This document shows, piece after piece, positions 8,917 through 17,115 of a stretch of 24,347 nt of DNA (its first letter is position 1; the number at the start of each line of letters is the position of its first letter). The stretch covers positions 1 to 24,347 of the forward strand of contig JAJFTU010000022.1 of NCBI GenBank assembly GCA_021372775.1. The letters run 5' to 3'. The position numbers were made by a program, and so were the translations under genes. Under the pieces are notes generated by a model. The model ran no database searches, was not told the origin of the DNA, and saw only the letters and a list, made by a program, of their open reading frames with translations. The DNA comes from a bacterium. GTDB lineage: Bacteria; Acidobacteriota; Polarisedimenticolia; J045.

Positions 8917-10168
8917 GGTCGTCGATCCGGTCGCCGGGCTCGATGGAGTCCGCGACGTCCTGATCGAGGAAGGCAAGATCTCCAAGGTCGCGGCGCGGAT
9001 CCAGAAGCCGGGCGTTCCGACGCTCGACCTCGACGGCCTCGTCGTCGCCCCCGGCTTCATCGACATGCACGTCCACCTGCGCGAGCCGGGGCAGGAGTGG
9101 AAGGAAACGATCGCGTCGGGCTGCGCGGCCGCCGCGGCCGGCGGCTTCGTCGCCGTCGCCTGCATGGCCAACACCGATCCGGTGAACGACTGCCGGGCGG
9201 TGACGGAGATGATCCTCGCCGAGGCCGAGCGCCACGGCGCGGTCCGCGTCCTCCCCGTCGGCGCCCTCTCCAAGAAAATGGAAGGGAAGGAGCTGGCGGA
9301 GATCGGCGAGATGGTCGCCGCCGGCTGCGTCGCCGTCTCCGACGACGGCAAGTCGGTGATGGACGGCGGCCTGATGCGCCGCGCGCTCGAGTACTCGACC
9401 ATCTTCGACCTGCCGGTGCTGGTCCACGAGCAGGACGCGAACCTGCTCGGCACCGGGCAGATGCACGAAGGGGCCGTCTCCGCGCGGCTCGGCCTCGCCG
9501 GCATGCCGGCCTCGGCCGAAGAGGCGCTGATCGCCCGCGACGTGCTCCTCGCCGAGGACGCCGGGGCGCGGCTGCACGTGCAGCACGTCTCCACCGCCCG
9601 CGGCCTGACGATGATCAGGCTGGCCAAGCGCCGCAAGGTCAAGGTGACCTGCGAGGCGACGCCGCACCACCTCGCGCTGACCGACGAGGCGCTCGAGTCG
9701 TTCGACGCGAACTTCAAGATGAACCCGCCGCTGCGGCCGGAAGCCGACCGCGCGGCGCTGCTCCGCGGCGCGGCCGAGGGGGCGATCGACGCGGTCGCCA
9801 CCGACCACGCGCCGCACCACGCCGACGAGAAGGGGCTCGAGTTCGCGCGCGCCCCGTTCGGCGTCGTCGGGCTCGAGACGGCGGTCGGCGTCGTCCTGAC
9901 CAAGCTGCACCACGAGGAAGGGGTGCCGCTGCCGCGGATCGTCGAGCTGCTGTCGGTCGGTCCGGCCCGCGCGCTGCGCGTCGCCGGCGGGACGCTCGAA
10001 GTCGGCGCCCCGGCCGACATCACCGTCCTCGACCTCGACCGCGAGTGGACGGTCGACCCCGAGAAGTTCAAGAGCAAGGGACGCAACACCTGCTTCGCCG
10101 GCATGCCGCTCAAGGGCGCGGCGGCGATGACGATCGTCGGCGGCCGCGTCGTCCACGACGCGCGCTGA
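8888..10168 (+). CDS. pyrC: Dihydroorotase (amidohydrolase family, type I).
   Basis: GTG start: '[15 protein letters not shown]...[20 protein letters not shown]...[12 protein letters not shown]'. It has the HxH metal motif and the conserved 'DHAPH' of DHOases. It overlaps the pyrB 3' end by 29 nt. Confidence 0.85.
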   Translation: MKTLLIRRARVVDPVAGLDGVRDVLIEEGKISKVAARIQKPGVPTLDLDGLVVAPGFIDMHVHLREPGQEWKETIASGCAAAAAGGFVAVACMANTDPVNDCRAVTEMILAEAERHGAVRVLPVGALSKKMEGKELAEIGEMVAAGCVAVSDDGKSVMDGGLMRRALEYSTIFDLPVLVHEQDANLLGTGQMHEGAVSARLGLAGMPASAEEALIARDVLLAEDAGARLHVQHVSTARGLTMIRLAKRRKVKVTCEATPHHLALTDEALESFDANFKMNPPLRPEADRAALLRGAAEGAIDAVATDHAPHHADEKGLEFARAPFGVVGLETAVGVVLTKLHHEEGVPLPRIVELLSVGPARALRVAGGTLEVGAPADITVLDLDREWTVDPEKFKSKGRNTCFAGMPLKGAAAMTIVGGRVVHDAR

Positions 10169-10192
10169 TCCGGCCCTTTCGCTGTAACCTAG

Positions 10193-10226
10193 AGGGGCGC
10201 CCCGCGGGGGGCGCCCCTTCGTTTTT
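10193..10226 (+). terminator. Intrinsic (rho-independent) terminator after pyrC.
   Basis: Perfect 10-bp GC stem GGGGCGCCCC (10194-10203) / GGGGCGCCCC (10208-10217) with loop GCGG. The stem is followed by TTCGTTTTT. Confidence 0.6.
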
Positions 10227-10260
10227 CCGCGCGCCGCGGAACGAGACAGAGGAACGAACG

Positions 10261-11151
10261 ATGCCCGCCGTGACCGACACGAACCTGCCCGGCCTGAAGA
10301 TGATTTCGCGCGGCAAGGTGCGCGACATCTACGACCTCGGCGACCGGCTGCTGCTGATCGCCACCGACCGCATCTCCGCCTTCGACGTCGTGCTGCCGCA
10401 GCCGGTGCCGGACAAGGGGAAGGTGCTGCACCAGGTCTCCCTCTTCTGGTTCGACCACTTCAAGGACGTCGTGCCGAACCATATCGCCGCCGGCCGGGTG
10501 GACGACTTCCCGCCGGAGCTGCGCGCGCACCGCGAGGTCCTGGCGGGGCGCACGGCGCTCGTGCGCAAGGCGAAGATGTTCCCGATCGAGTGCGTCGCCC
10601 GCGGCTACCTCGCCGGCTCCGGCTGGAAGGAATACCGGACCTCGGGGACCGTCTGCGGCGTCAAGCTCCCGGCCGGGCTGAAGGAGTCGGACAAGCTGCC
10701 CGAGCCGATCTTCACCCCCTCGACGAAGGCCGAGACGGGGCACGACGAGAACATCGACTTCGAACGCGCGGCGGGGATCGTCGGCCGCGAGGCGGCGACG
10801 ACGCTGCGCGACCTGACGCTCTCGCTCTACGCCAAGGCCGCCGACTTCGCGCGCGGCAAGGGGATCGTCATCGCCGACACGAAGTTCGAGTTCGGCGTGA
10901 TCGACGGCCGGGTCGCGCTCTGCGACGAGGTCCTCACCCCCGACTCGTCGCGCTTCTGGCCGGCCGACCAGTACAAGCCGGGCGGGCCGCAGCCGTCGTT
11001 CGACAAGCAGTTCGTGCGGGACTGGCTGGAGTCGATCCACTGGAACAAGCAGCCCCCCGCTCCGTCGCTGCCGGCCGAGGTGATCGAGGGAACGCGGGCC
11101 CGCTACGTCGAGGCGCTGCGGATCCTCTCCGGCCACGGCCTGACCGAGTAG
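10261..11151 (+). CDS. purC: Phosphoribosylaminoimidazole-succinocarboxamide (SAICAR) synthase.
   Basis: 'ISRGKVRDIYDLGDRLLLIATDRISAFDVVL...KGKVLHQVSLFWFDHF...IVIADTKFEFGVIDGRVALCDEVLTPDSSRFW' are classic PurC motifs. A GAGGA RBS lies 7 nt upstream of the ATG. Confidence 0.9.
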   Translation: MPAVTDTNLPGLKMISRGKVRDIYDLGDRLLLIATDRISAFDVVLPQPVPDKGKVLHQVSLFWFDHFKDVVPNHIAAGRVDDFPPELRAHREVLAGRTALVRKAKMFPIECVARGYLAGSGWKEYRTSGTVCGVKLPAGLKESDKLPEPIFTPSTKAETGHDENIDFERAAGIVGREAATTLRDLTLSLYAKAADFARGKGIVIADTKFEFGVIDGRVALCDEVLTPDSSRFWPADQYKPGGPQPSFDKQFVRDWLESIHWNKQPPAPSLPAEVIEGTRARYVEALRILSGHGLTE

Positions 11152-11205
11152 TCTCGGAAGAGCCGAGCGAGGCCGGCGGACGCCGGCCCCGCCGCGCGCC
11201 GCGCG

Positions 11206-11238
11206 AAGGCCGCCCCCCGCGGGCGGCCTTCGTGTTTT
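11206..11238 (+). terminator. Intrinsic terminator after purC.
   Basis: Stem AAGGCCGCCC (11206-11215) / GGGCGGCCTT (11221-11230) with loop CCCGC. The stem is followed by CGTGTTTT. Confidence 0.5.
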
Positions 11239-11323
11239 CGGGCGGCGCGAAAAGCTTGCGCGGGGCCCGTTTCGCCCGATACATGAAGGTCGCGGGGCGT
11301 TCGCCGCGGACGGAGGGATCGGT

Positions 11324-11722
11324 ATGAAACGGACGTACCACTGCCCGCACTGCGACGGGCTGCTCAATCCGAACGTGAAGATCATCCTCAAGGCCGAGGC
11401 CGCCGCGGGGCCGGGGCTCGTCCTCTTCAGCCCGCGTCCCGGCAACTACGAGGCGATCGTCGCCGAGGACCTCCACATCAAGAAAAAGGAGACGGTCCGC
11501 TTCTCCTGCCCGCTCTGCGGCAAGGACCTGACGTCGAGCCGCGACCGCACGATGGCGGAGATCAACTTCGTGTCGCCGTCGGGGCAGGAAGGGCGCGTCG
11601 TCTTCTCCCGCGTCTTCGGCCACCACGAGACGTACTTCGTGACCGACGAGCAGGTGTCGGGGTACGGCGGCCACATCGGCGAGGACCAGCTGAACTTCTG
11701 GGGCATGGGGCCGCGCCGCTGA
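11324..11722 (+). CDS. Small hypothetical protein with two CxxC pairs (zinc-ribbon-like).
   Basis: The 132-aa product has 'CPHCDG' at residues 7-12 and 'CPLCGK' at residues 63-68. RBS GGAGGGA lies 6 nt upstream. Codon bias is coherent. No family assignment can be made from sequence alone. Confidence 0.55.
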   Translation: MKRTYHCPHCDGLLNPNVKIILKAEAAAGPGLVLFSPRPGNYEAIVAEDLHIKKKETVRFSCPLCGKDLTSSRDRTMAEINFVSPSGQEGRVVFSRVFGHHETYFVTDEQVSGYGGHIGEDQLNFWGMGPRR

Positions 11723-11728
11723 GGACCT

Positions 11729-11762
11729 GCCGCGCGGCGCCGGACTCCGCGCGGCGCCGGAC
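11729..11762. repeat. Tandem direct repeat: two copies of a 16-nt GC palindrome-containing unit.
   Basis: CCGCGCGGCGCCGGAC at 11730-11745 and again at 11747-11762, one nt apart. It lies in the 87-bp gap between two convergent genes. Each unit contains the palindrome CCGGCGCCGG. Confidence 0.5.
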
Positions 11763-11809
11763 CGGCCGCCGCGGACAGCGGGGCGGCGCGGCTCAGTCCA
11801 CCGCGCGGC

Positions 11810-12193
11810 TCAATCCACGGCGCGGATCGGGGCGCCGAAGAACGCCTCGCCCCGCTCGATCTTCCCCTCGTCGTTGAACTGCATCGCCTCCGCGGCGCGG
11901 CCGACGAGGTCGTCGAAGACGCTGTCGTAGATGACCACCAGCGTCTTGGACCGCTCGTCCCAGACGACGTGGTCGACGTCGATCTCGACCCGTTTTAGGT
12001 TCTCCCGCGCCTCGTGCCAGTAGGCGGCGAGCGCCGCCCGCCCCTTGATGCGCGCGCGCCCGGTCAGCGGAATCGCGTTCGGGCTGATGAACTCGCAGTC
12101 TTCGGCGTAGTACGCGACGACGGAGTCGATTTCGCGCCGCCGCCAGGCGGCGGCCCAACTTTCCGCGAACGCGTGAGGATCAACCTGCAGCAT
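11810..12193 (-). CDS. SnoaL-like / NTF2-fold protein (ketosteroid isomerase-like superfamily).
   Basis: 'MLQVDPHAFAESWAAAWRRREIDSVVAYYAEDCEFISPN...LAAYWHEARENLKRVEIDVDHVVWDERSKTLVVIYDSVFDDLVG' is typical of SnoaL_2/DUF4440 proteins of about 127 aa. The longer 186-aa ORF in the track adds an Arg-rich low-complexity N-terminus, so the shorter start is preferred. Confidence 0.5.
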   Translation of the reverse strand: MLQVDPHAFAESWAAAWRRREIDSVVAYYAEDCEFISPNAIPLTGRARIKGRAALAAYWHEARENLKRVEIDVDHVVWDERSKTLVVIYDSVFDDLVGRAAEAMQFNDEGKIERGEAFFGAPIRAVD

Positions 12194-12368
12194 GGCGGGC
12201 CCTCTCCTCCTTCCCCCGGGGAAGAGTAACCCGAAATCGCGCGGGGAGCCCCGGCCGCGCGCCGCGCGCCGACGCGTTCGTGCGAGGATGACGCCGCGCG
12301 CGCCGCGTTCCGCGCGCCGGCGCGGTCCGGCGCCCGGGCCGCGGACGTCGCGGAGGAGACGTTCGGCC

Positions 12369-14498
12369 ATGATCCAGATCGCGTGGTGGATGTACCCGGT
12401 CGCCGTCGTCGTCGGGCTCCTCGTCCTGGCGTGGCTGCTCGGCCTGCGCTACATCCCGCACAACAAGGTCGGCGTGATCGAGAAGCTCTGGTCGGCGCGC
12501 GGCTCGCTCTCCGGGGGGCGGATCGTCGCCGCGCAGGGCGAGGCCGGCTTCCAGGCCCGCCTGCTGCGCGGCGGGCTGCACCTCGGCTACTTCCCGTGGC
12601 AGTACCGGATCCGCCGCCAGCCGCTGGTCGTCGTCGCCGAAGGGAAGATCGGCTACGTCTACGCCCGCGACGGGCAGCCGCTGCCGCCGACGCAGACGCT
12701 CGGCCGGACGGTCGACTGCAACCACTTCCAGGACGCGGCGGCGTTCCTCGCCGGCGGCGGGCAGCGCGGCCGCCAGCGGGCGGTGCTGCGCGAAGGCGTC
12801 TTCGCCGTCAATCTCGCGCTCTTCGTCGTGATCACGGAGGACGTCGTTCTCTGCGGGCCGATCCGCGAGCAGAACGAGGACAAGTACCGCGACTGGCAAG
12901 GCCAGCTCCGCGCGATCGGCGGGTTCGAGCCGGTCGTCGTCGGCCACGGCGGCCGCCAGGCCGAGGCGGAGGTCGCGCAGGCGCCGACCGGCGGCGAAAT
13001 GCGGCTCGGCCCGACCGACACGATCGGCGTCGTCACCGTCCACGACGGGCCGCCGATCGAGACCGGCGAGGTGATCGCCCCCGAGGTCCGCGCCGCGGGA
13101 GGCGACGGCCACCAGTACTTCCAGGACATCGAGGCGTTCCTCGCCCTCGGCGGCAAGCGGGGAAAGCAGCTCCAGGTGCTCACCGACGGGACCTTCTTCG
13201 TCAACCGCTGGTTCGCCACGGTCGAGATCCGCCCCAAGACGCTGATCCCGATCGGCTACGTCGGCGCGGTCGTCTCCTACTTCGGGGAGCGCGGCAAGGA
13301 CATCACCGGCGACGCCTTCCGCTACGGCGAGCAGGTGGAGACCGGCGAGCGCGGCGTCTGGAAGCGGGCGCTCGCGCCGGGGAAGTACGCGCTCAATCCG
13401 TACGCGATGAAGGTCGAGCTCGTCCCGACGGTCAACTTCGTGCTGCGCTGGATCACCGGCCAGATGGAGGCCCACCAGTACGACCGCGACCTGACGAGCA
13501 TCGAGCTGATCACCGCCGACGGCTACGAGCCGGTGCTGCCGCTCTCGCTCGTGCTCCACATCGACTACGAGAAGGGGCCCTCGGTCATCCAGCGCTTCGG
13601 CGACGTGCGCCGGCTGATCAGCCAGACGCTCGACCCGATCCTCACCGCCTACTTCCGCGACGTCGCGCAGAGCTCGAACATGCTCGACCTCCTGACCCGC
13701 CGCGAGGAGATCCAGGCGCGGGCGACGGTCGAGCTCGGCAAGCGCTTCAAGGAGTACGACATCAACTGCATCGCCGTGCTGATCGGGCGGCCGGAGTCGA
13801 AGGTCGCGGCCGGCGCGGCCGACCCGATCGAGGCGCTGTTCGACCAGCTCCGCGCGCGGCGGCTGGCCGAGGAGCAGAAGGCGACCTACGCCAAGCAGGA
13901 GGAGGCCGCGGGGAAGCTGAAGGAGCTCAACGACGCGCAGGCCGCGGCGGCGAAGCAGACCGAGCTGACCCAGACGCGGGTCGACGTCGAGATCGCCGGG
14001 AACCGCGGCGAGGCGCAGCTCGCCGAGGCGCGGCGGCTGGCGCAGCGCGACGTCGTGCGCGCCGACGGCGACGCGCGGGCCCGCGAGCTGCAGGGACGCG
14101 GCGAGGGGGCGCGCGTGGCGCAGATCGGCCTCGCCGAGGCGGCGGTCTTTCTGCAGAAGATCCGGGCCTACGGCGACCCGCGGCTCTTCGCGCTCAACCT
14201 CGTCGCCGAGCGGTTCGCGCAGAGCGCGCAGCCGATCGTGCCGGAGCGGCTCTTCGTGCTCGGCGGCGGCGCGGGCGAGCGGCCCGAAACCGGCGCGGCG
14301 GGCGGGGGGGCGAACGTGCTCAACCAACTGCTGGCGCTGCTCCTGGCGGAGAAGGCCGGATTCGCCCCCGGCGAGGCGCCGCGCGGCCTCGACGAGCTGG
14401 AGCGCTACGCCGAGGAGCTGACCCGCCGCTTCGCCCGCGGCGAGGCGCCGGCGCCGGGCGGCGACGCCCCCGCTTCGGGCGGCGCGCCGGCCGCCTGA
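12369..14498 (+). CDS. Flotillin-like SPFH (band-7) domain protein with a long C-terminal coiled coil.
   Basis: An N-terminal membrane anchor 'MIQIAWWMYPVAVVVGLLVLAWLL' is followed by 'YIPHNKVGVIEKLW'. The SPFH-type core is followed by an Ala/Glu/Gln/Arg-rich heptad region ('LRARRLAEEQKATYAKQEEAAGKLKELNDAQAAAAKQTELTQTRVDVEIAG...'). This is the architecture of YqiK/FloT flotillins. The product is 709 aa. Confidence 0.75.
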   Translation: MIQIAWWMYPVAVVVGLLVLAWLLGLRYIPHNKVGVIEKLWSARGSLSGGRIVAAQGEAGFQARLLRGGLHLGYFPWQYRIRRQPLVVVAEGKIGYVYARDGQPLPPTQTLGRTVDCNHFQDAAAFLAGGGQRGRQRAVLREGVFAVNLALFVVITEDVVLCGPIREQNEDKYRDWQGQLRAIGGFEPVVVGHGGRQAEAEVAQAPTGGEMRLGPTDTIGVVTVHDGPPIETGEVIAPEVRAAGGDGHQYFQDIEAFLALGGKRGKQLQVLTDGTFFVNRWFATVEIRPKTLIPIGYVGAVVSYFGERGKDITGDAFRYGEQVETGERGVWKRALAPGKYALNPYAMKVELVPTVNFVLRWITGQMEAHQYDRDLTSIELITADGYEPVLPLSLVLHIDYEKGPSVIQRFGDVRRLISQTLDPILTAYFRDVAQSSNMLDLLTRREEIQARATVELGKRFKEYDINCIAVLIGRPESKVAAGAADPIEALFDQLRARRLAEEQKATYAKQEEAAGKLKELNDAQAAAAKQTELTQTRVDVEIAGNRGEAQLAEARRLAQRDVVRADGDARARELQGRGEGARVAQIGLAEAAVFLQKIRAYGDPRLFALNLVAERFAQSAQPIVPERLFVLGGGAGERPETGAAGGGANVLNQLLALLLAEKAGFAPGEAPRGLDELERYAEELTRRFARGEAPAPGGDAPASGGAPAA

Positions 14499-14512
14499 AC
14501 CGCGCCGCAGCC

Positions 14513-15559
14513 TCAGAGCGCTTCGTCGAGCGCGGCGAGCGCGTCGTCCCAGCGCGGCGCCGGCGGAGCGGCGGCGAGGCGCGCGAGGAGCGTCGCCTGC
14601 CGCGCGACCGACGAGCGGAGCGCCGCGGCGTCGAGCCGGCCGCTCTCGAGCGCGGCGGCGACTTCGTCCCGCGCGCGGCGCGGGGCGTCGAGCCCGCGGC
14701 AGAAGAGGGCCAGATCGCACCCCGCGGCGAGCGCGCGCGTCGCCCGCTCGCCGGGCGCGCCGAGCGCGGCGACGGCGCCCATCTCGAGGTCGTCGCTCAC
14801 GATCAGGCCGGAGAAGCCGATCCGCCCGCGCAGCCATTCGCCGACGAGCCGCGCGCTGAATGTCGCCGGTCCGGCCTCCGGCCCCTCGACCGCGGGGTAC
14901 GCGGCGTGCGCCGTCATGACCAGCGGCGCGCTCTTGGCGAGATCGACGTAGGGACGGAGGTGCGCGTCCCACAGCTCCTTCTCGCCGAGCGGGCTCCGCG
15001 CGAGGCCGACGTGCGTGTCGAGGTCGGTGCCGCCGAGCCCCGGGAAATGCTTGAGGCATCCCGCGACCCCCGCGTCCTCGAGTCCCGCCAGCACGGCTCC
15101 GTCGAGAGCCGCGGCCCGCCCCGGATCGAGGCCGAACGAGCGCGCGCCGATCGCGTTCGTCCCCGGCCCCTCGTCGAGGTCGGCGACCGGCGCGAAGTCG
15201 ACGTTGAAGCCGACGGCGCGCAGCGCGCCGCCGACGAGCCGCCAGACGTCGCGCAGCCGCTCTTCCCCCCACGCGCCCTGCGCGCGCCCCTCGGGGAGAC
15301 GGCGGAAGACCGGCGCGATCTCGGCGAGGCGGTTGACCTTCCCGCCTTCCTCGTCCACGGCGAGGAGGAACGGGCGGCCGAGGATCTCGGCCAGCGCCGA
15401 GGCGAGGTCGCGCGTCTGCGCGGCGCTCTTGAGGTTGCGCGCGAAGAGGATCGCGCCGGCGGGGGCGAGGTCGCGCAGCGCGGCCTCGTCGGCGGGGGAG
15501 ACGTCGGGACCGGGAAGCGCCGCGACGATCAGGCGCCCGGGATCGAGAAGGGAGGCCAT
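14513..15559 (-). CDS. nagZ: Beta-N-acetylhexosaminidase (glycoside hydrolase family 3, NagZ-like).
   Basis: 'FLLAVDEEGGKVNRL...GFNVDFAPVADL...CLKHFPGLGGTDLDTH...LVMTAHAAYPAV...GFSGLIVSDDLEMGAV' are GH3/NagZ hallmark motifs (DEEGG, KHFPG-G, SDDLEMGA). Confidence 0.85.
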   Translation of the reverse strand: MASLLDPGRLIVAALPGPDVSPADEAALRDLAPAGAILFARNLKSAAQTRDLASALAEILGRPFLLAVDEEGGKVNRLAEIAPVFRRLPEGRAQGAWGEERLRDVWRLVGGALRAVGFNVDFAPVADLDEGPGTNAIGARSFGLDPGRAAALDGAVLAGLEDAGVAGCLKHFPGLGGTDLDTHVGLARSPLGEKELWDAHLRPYVDLAKSAPLVMTAHAAYPAVEGPEAGPATFSARLVGEWLRGRIGFSGLIVSDDLEMGAVAALGAPGERATRALAAGCDLALFCRGLDAPRRARDEVAAALESGRLDAAALRSSVARQATLLARLAAAPPAPRWDDALAALDEAL

Positions 15560-15603
15560 GGGGCGATTGTGTCGGCGCGGCCGCGGCCCGTCAACGCGGC
15601 GGC

Positions 15604-15609
15604 TATACT
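15604..15609 (+). promoter_or_regulatory. Possible -10 element (TATACT) for cls. It would give a leaderless or near-leaderless transcript.
   Basis: TATACT lies 8 nt before the cls ATG (15618), in the 58-bp divergent nagZ/cls intergenic region. No convincing -35 was found. Confidence 0.2.
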
Positions 15610-15617
15610 ACGAAGCG

Positions 15618-16877
15618 ATGAGCCTTCTCTCTCGCTCGGCGGCGGTCGCCGCCGTGGTGGCGCTGGCGGCGCTCGGCGTCGGCTGCGCCTCGTACCCGCG
15701 TTACCGCTACCAGCCCCGCCTCACCGCGGCGGGGGCCGACGTGCAGGCGGCGCTCTCGATCGCCGGCGGCAACGAGGTCTCGGACGGGAACAAGGTGGAC
15801 GTGCTGGTCAACGGCGACCAGGTGTTCCCGGCGATGCTGGAGGCGATCCGCGGCGCGCGGAACAACGTCCACCTCGAGACCTACATCTTCCGCGACGGCG
15901 AGATCGGCCGGCGGTTCGTCGACGCGCTCGTCGAGCGCGCGCGGGCCGGCGTGAAGGTGCGGCTGCTGCTCGACGGCATCGGGTCGCTCGGCTTCGGCGA
16001 GGAGAACGAGGCCAGGCTGCGCGAGGCGGGGGTGCAGGTCGTCTTCTTCCGCCCGCTCAAGCTCTCCAACCTCTTCAAGCTCCATCTCCGCACCCACCGC
16101 AAGTACCTGATCGTCGACGGGCGGATCGGCTTCACCGGCGGGATCTGCATCGACGACTCGTGGATGGGGAACGCCGACCGGCCCGACCGCTGGCGCGAGA
16201 CGCAGGTCCGCGTCGAGGGGCCGGTGGCGCGGCAGATGCAGTCCGGCTTCGCCCGCGCCTGGCTCGAGGCGACGGGGGAACTGCTCAGCGCGCAGGCGCT
16301 CTACCCGACGATCGACCGCGTCGGCGACCAGCGCTGCCAGATCATGGAGTCGGCGCCCGGCTTCAAGGGGAACCCGGCCCGGCTCTCGTTCCTCGTCGCC
16401 GTCGCCTCGGCGAAGCGGTCGATCGACGTCACGAACGCCTACTTCGTGCCGGACGGCGTGGCGCTCGAGGCGCTGGAGAAGGCCGCCCAGCGCGGCGTGC
16501 AGGTGCGGCTGCTCCTGCCGAGCCGCAACACCGACGTCAAGTCGGTCCGCTACGCGGGACGCAGCTACTACCGGCGGCTGCTCGAGGCGGGCGTCGGGAT
16601 CTACGAGTACGAGCCGTCGCGCCTCCACGCCAAGACGATGGTCGTGGACGGCGAGTGGGCCACGGTCGGCTCGACGAACCTCGACCGCCGCTCGTTCGTC
16701 TGGAACTACGAGTCGAACCTGAACTGCTTCGACCGCCGCGTCGCCGAGGAGCTGACGCGGATCTACGAGGCCGACCTCGCCAAGTCGTCGAAGGTCGAGC
16801 TGGCGGCGTGGAAGAAGCGGCCGTTCGGGGAACGCGTGCTCGAAACGTTCTACGGGCTGTTCCGCTCGCAGTTCTGA
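15618..16877 (+). CDS. cls: Cardiolipin synthase / phospholipase-D family protein with a lipoprotein signal peptide.
   Basis: Two HKD motifs are present: 'HRKYLIVDGRIGFTGGICIDD' and 'HAKTMVVDGEWATVGSTNLDRRS'. The N-terminus 'AAVVALAALGVGCASY' has a lipobox (LGVGC). Confidence 0.85.
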   Translation: MSLLSRSAAVAAVVALAALGVGCASYPRYRYQPRLTAAGADVQAALSIAGGNEVSDGNKVDVLVNGDQVFPAMLEAIRGARNNVHLETYIFRDGEIGRRFVDALVERARAGVKVRLLLDGIGSLGFGEENEARLREAGVQVVFFRPLKLSNLFKLHLRTHRKYLIVDGRIGFTGGICIDDSWMGNADRPDRWRETQVRVEGPVARQMQSGFARAWLEATGELLSAQALYPTIDRVGDQRCQIMESAPGFKGNPARLSFLVAVASAKRSIDVTNAYFVPDGVALEALEKAAQRGVQVRLLLPSRNTDVKSVRYAGRSYYRRLLEAGVGIYEYEPSRLHAKTMVVDGEWATVGSTNLDRRSFVWNYESNLNCFDRRVAEELTRIYEADLAKSSKVELAAWKKRPFGERVLETFYGLFRSQF

Positions 16878-17115
16878 GCGTCGTTTCCGTCCCCGAGTCG
16901 CGCCGCGCGGCGGCGTCCGTCCCGCGCCGCTCGTCCGCGAAAGACCGCAGCCGTTTCGGACGGGACGCCCCTTTTCGGGCGCGCCGCCCATCTCCTCGCG
17001 CCGGCGGCGGTCAAGTTCGCCCCACCCTGTCCGATAAGCAGCCCGCAAGGCCGCGTGGGCCGGGAAAGGAATCGTCCTTGGTCCCGGCGAACGACGCGCG
17101 GATCGGCGGGAACAG

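Noticed and set aside
11256-11284. A possible promoter TTGCGC-17-ATACAT upstream of the zinc-ribbon gene.
   Set aside because: The -10 candidate matches TATAAT poorly at the most conserved positions. It is not supportable from sequence alone.
16878-17115. The 238-bp intergenic region upstream of the MCP-like gene was searched for sigma54 (TGGCAC-N5-TTGC) or sigma70 boxes and for structured RNA.
   Set aside because: Only weak or partial matches were found, such as 'TTGGTCCCGGCGAACG'. There is a long-range CGTCCCG/CGGGACG complement but no convincing element.
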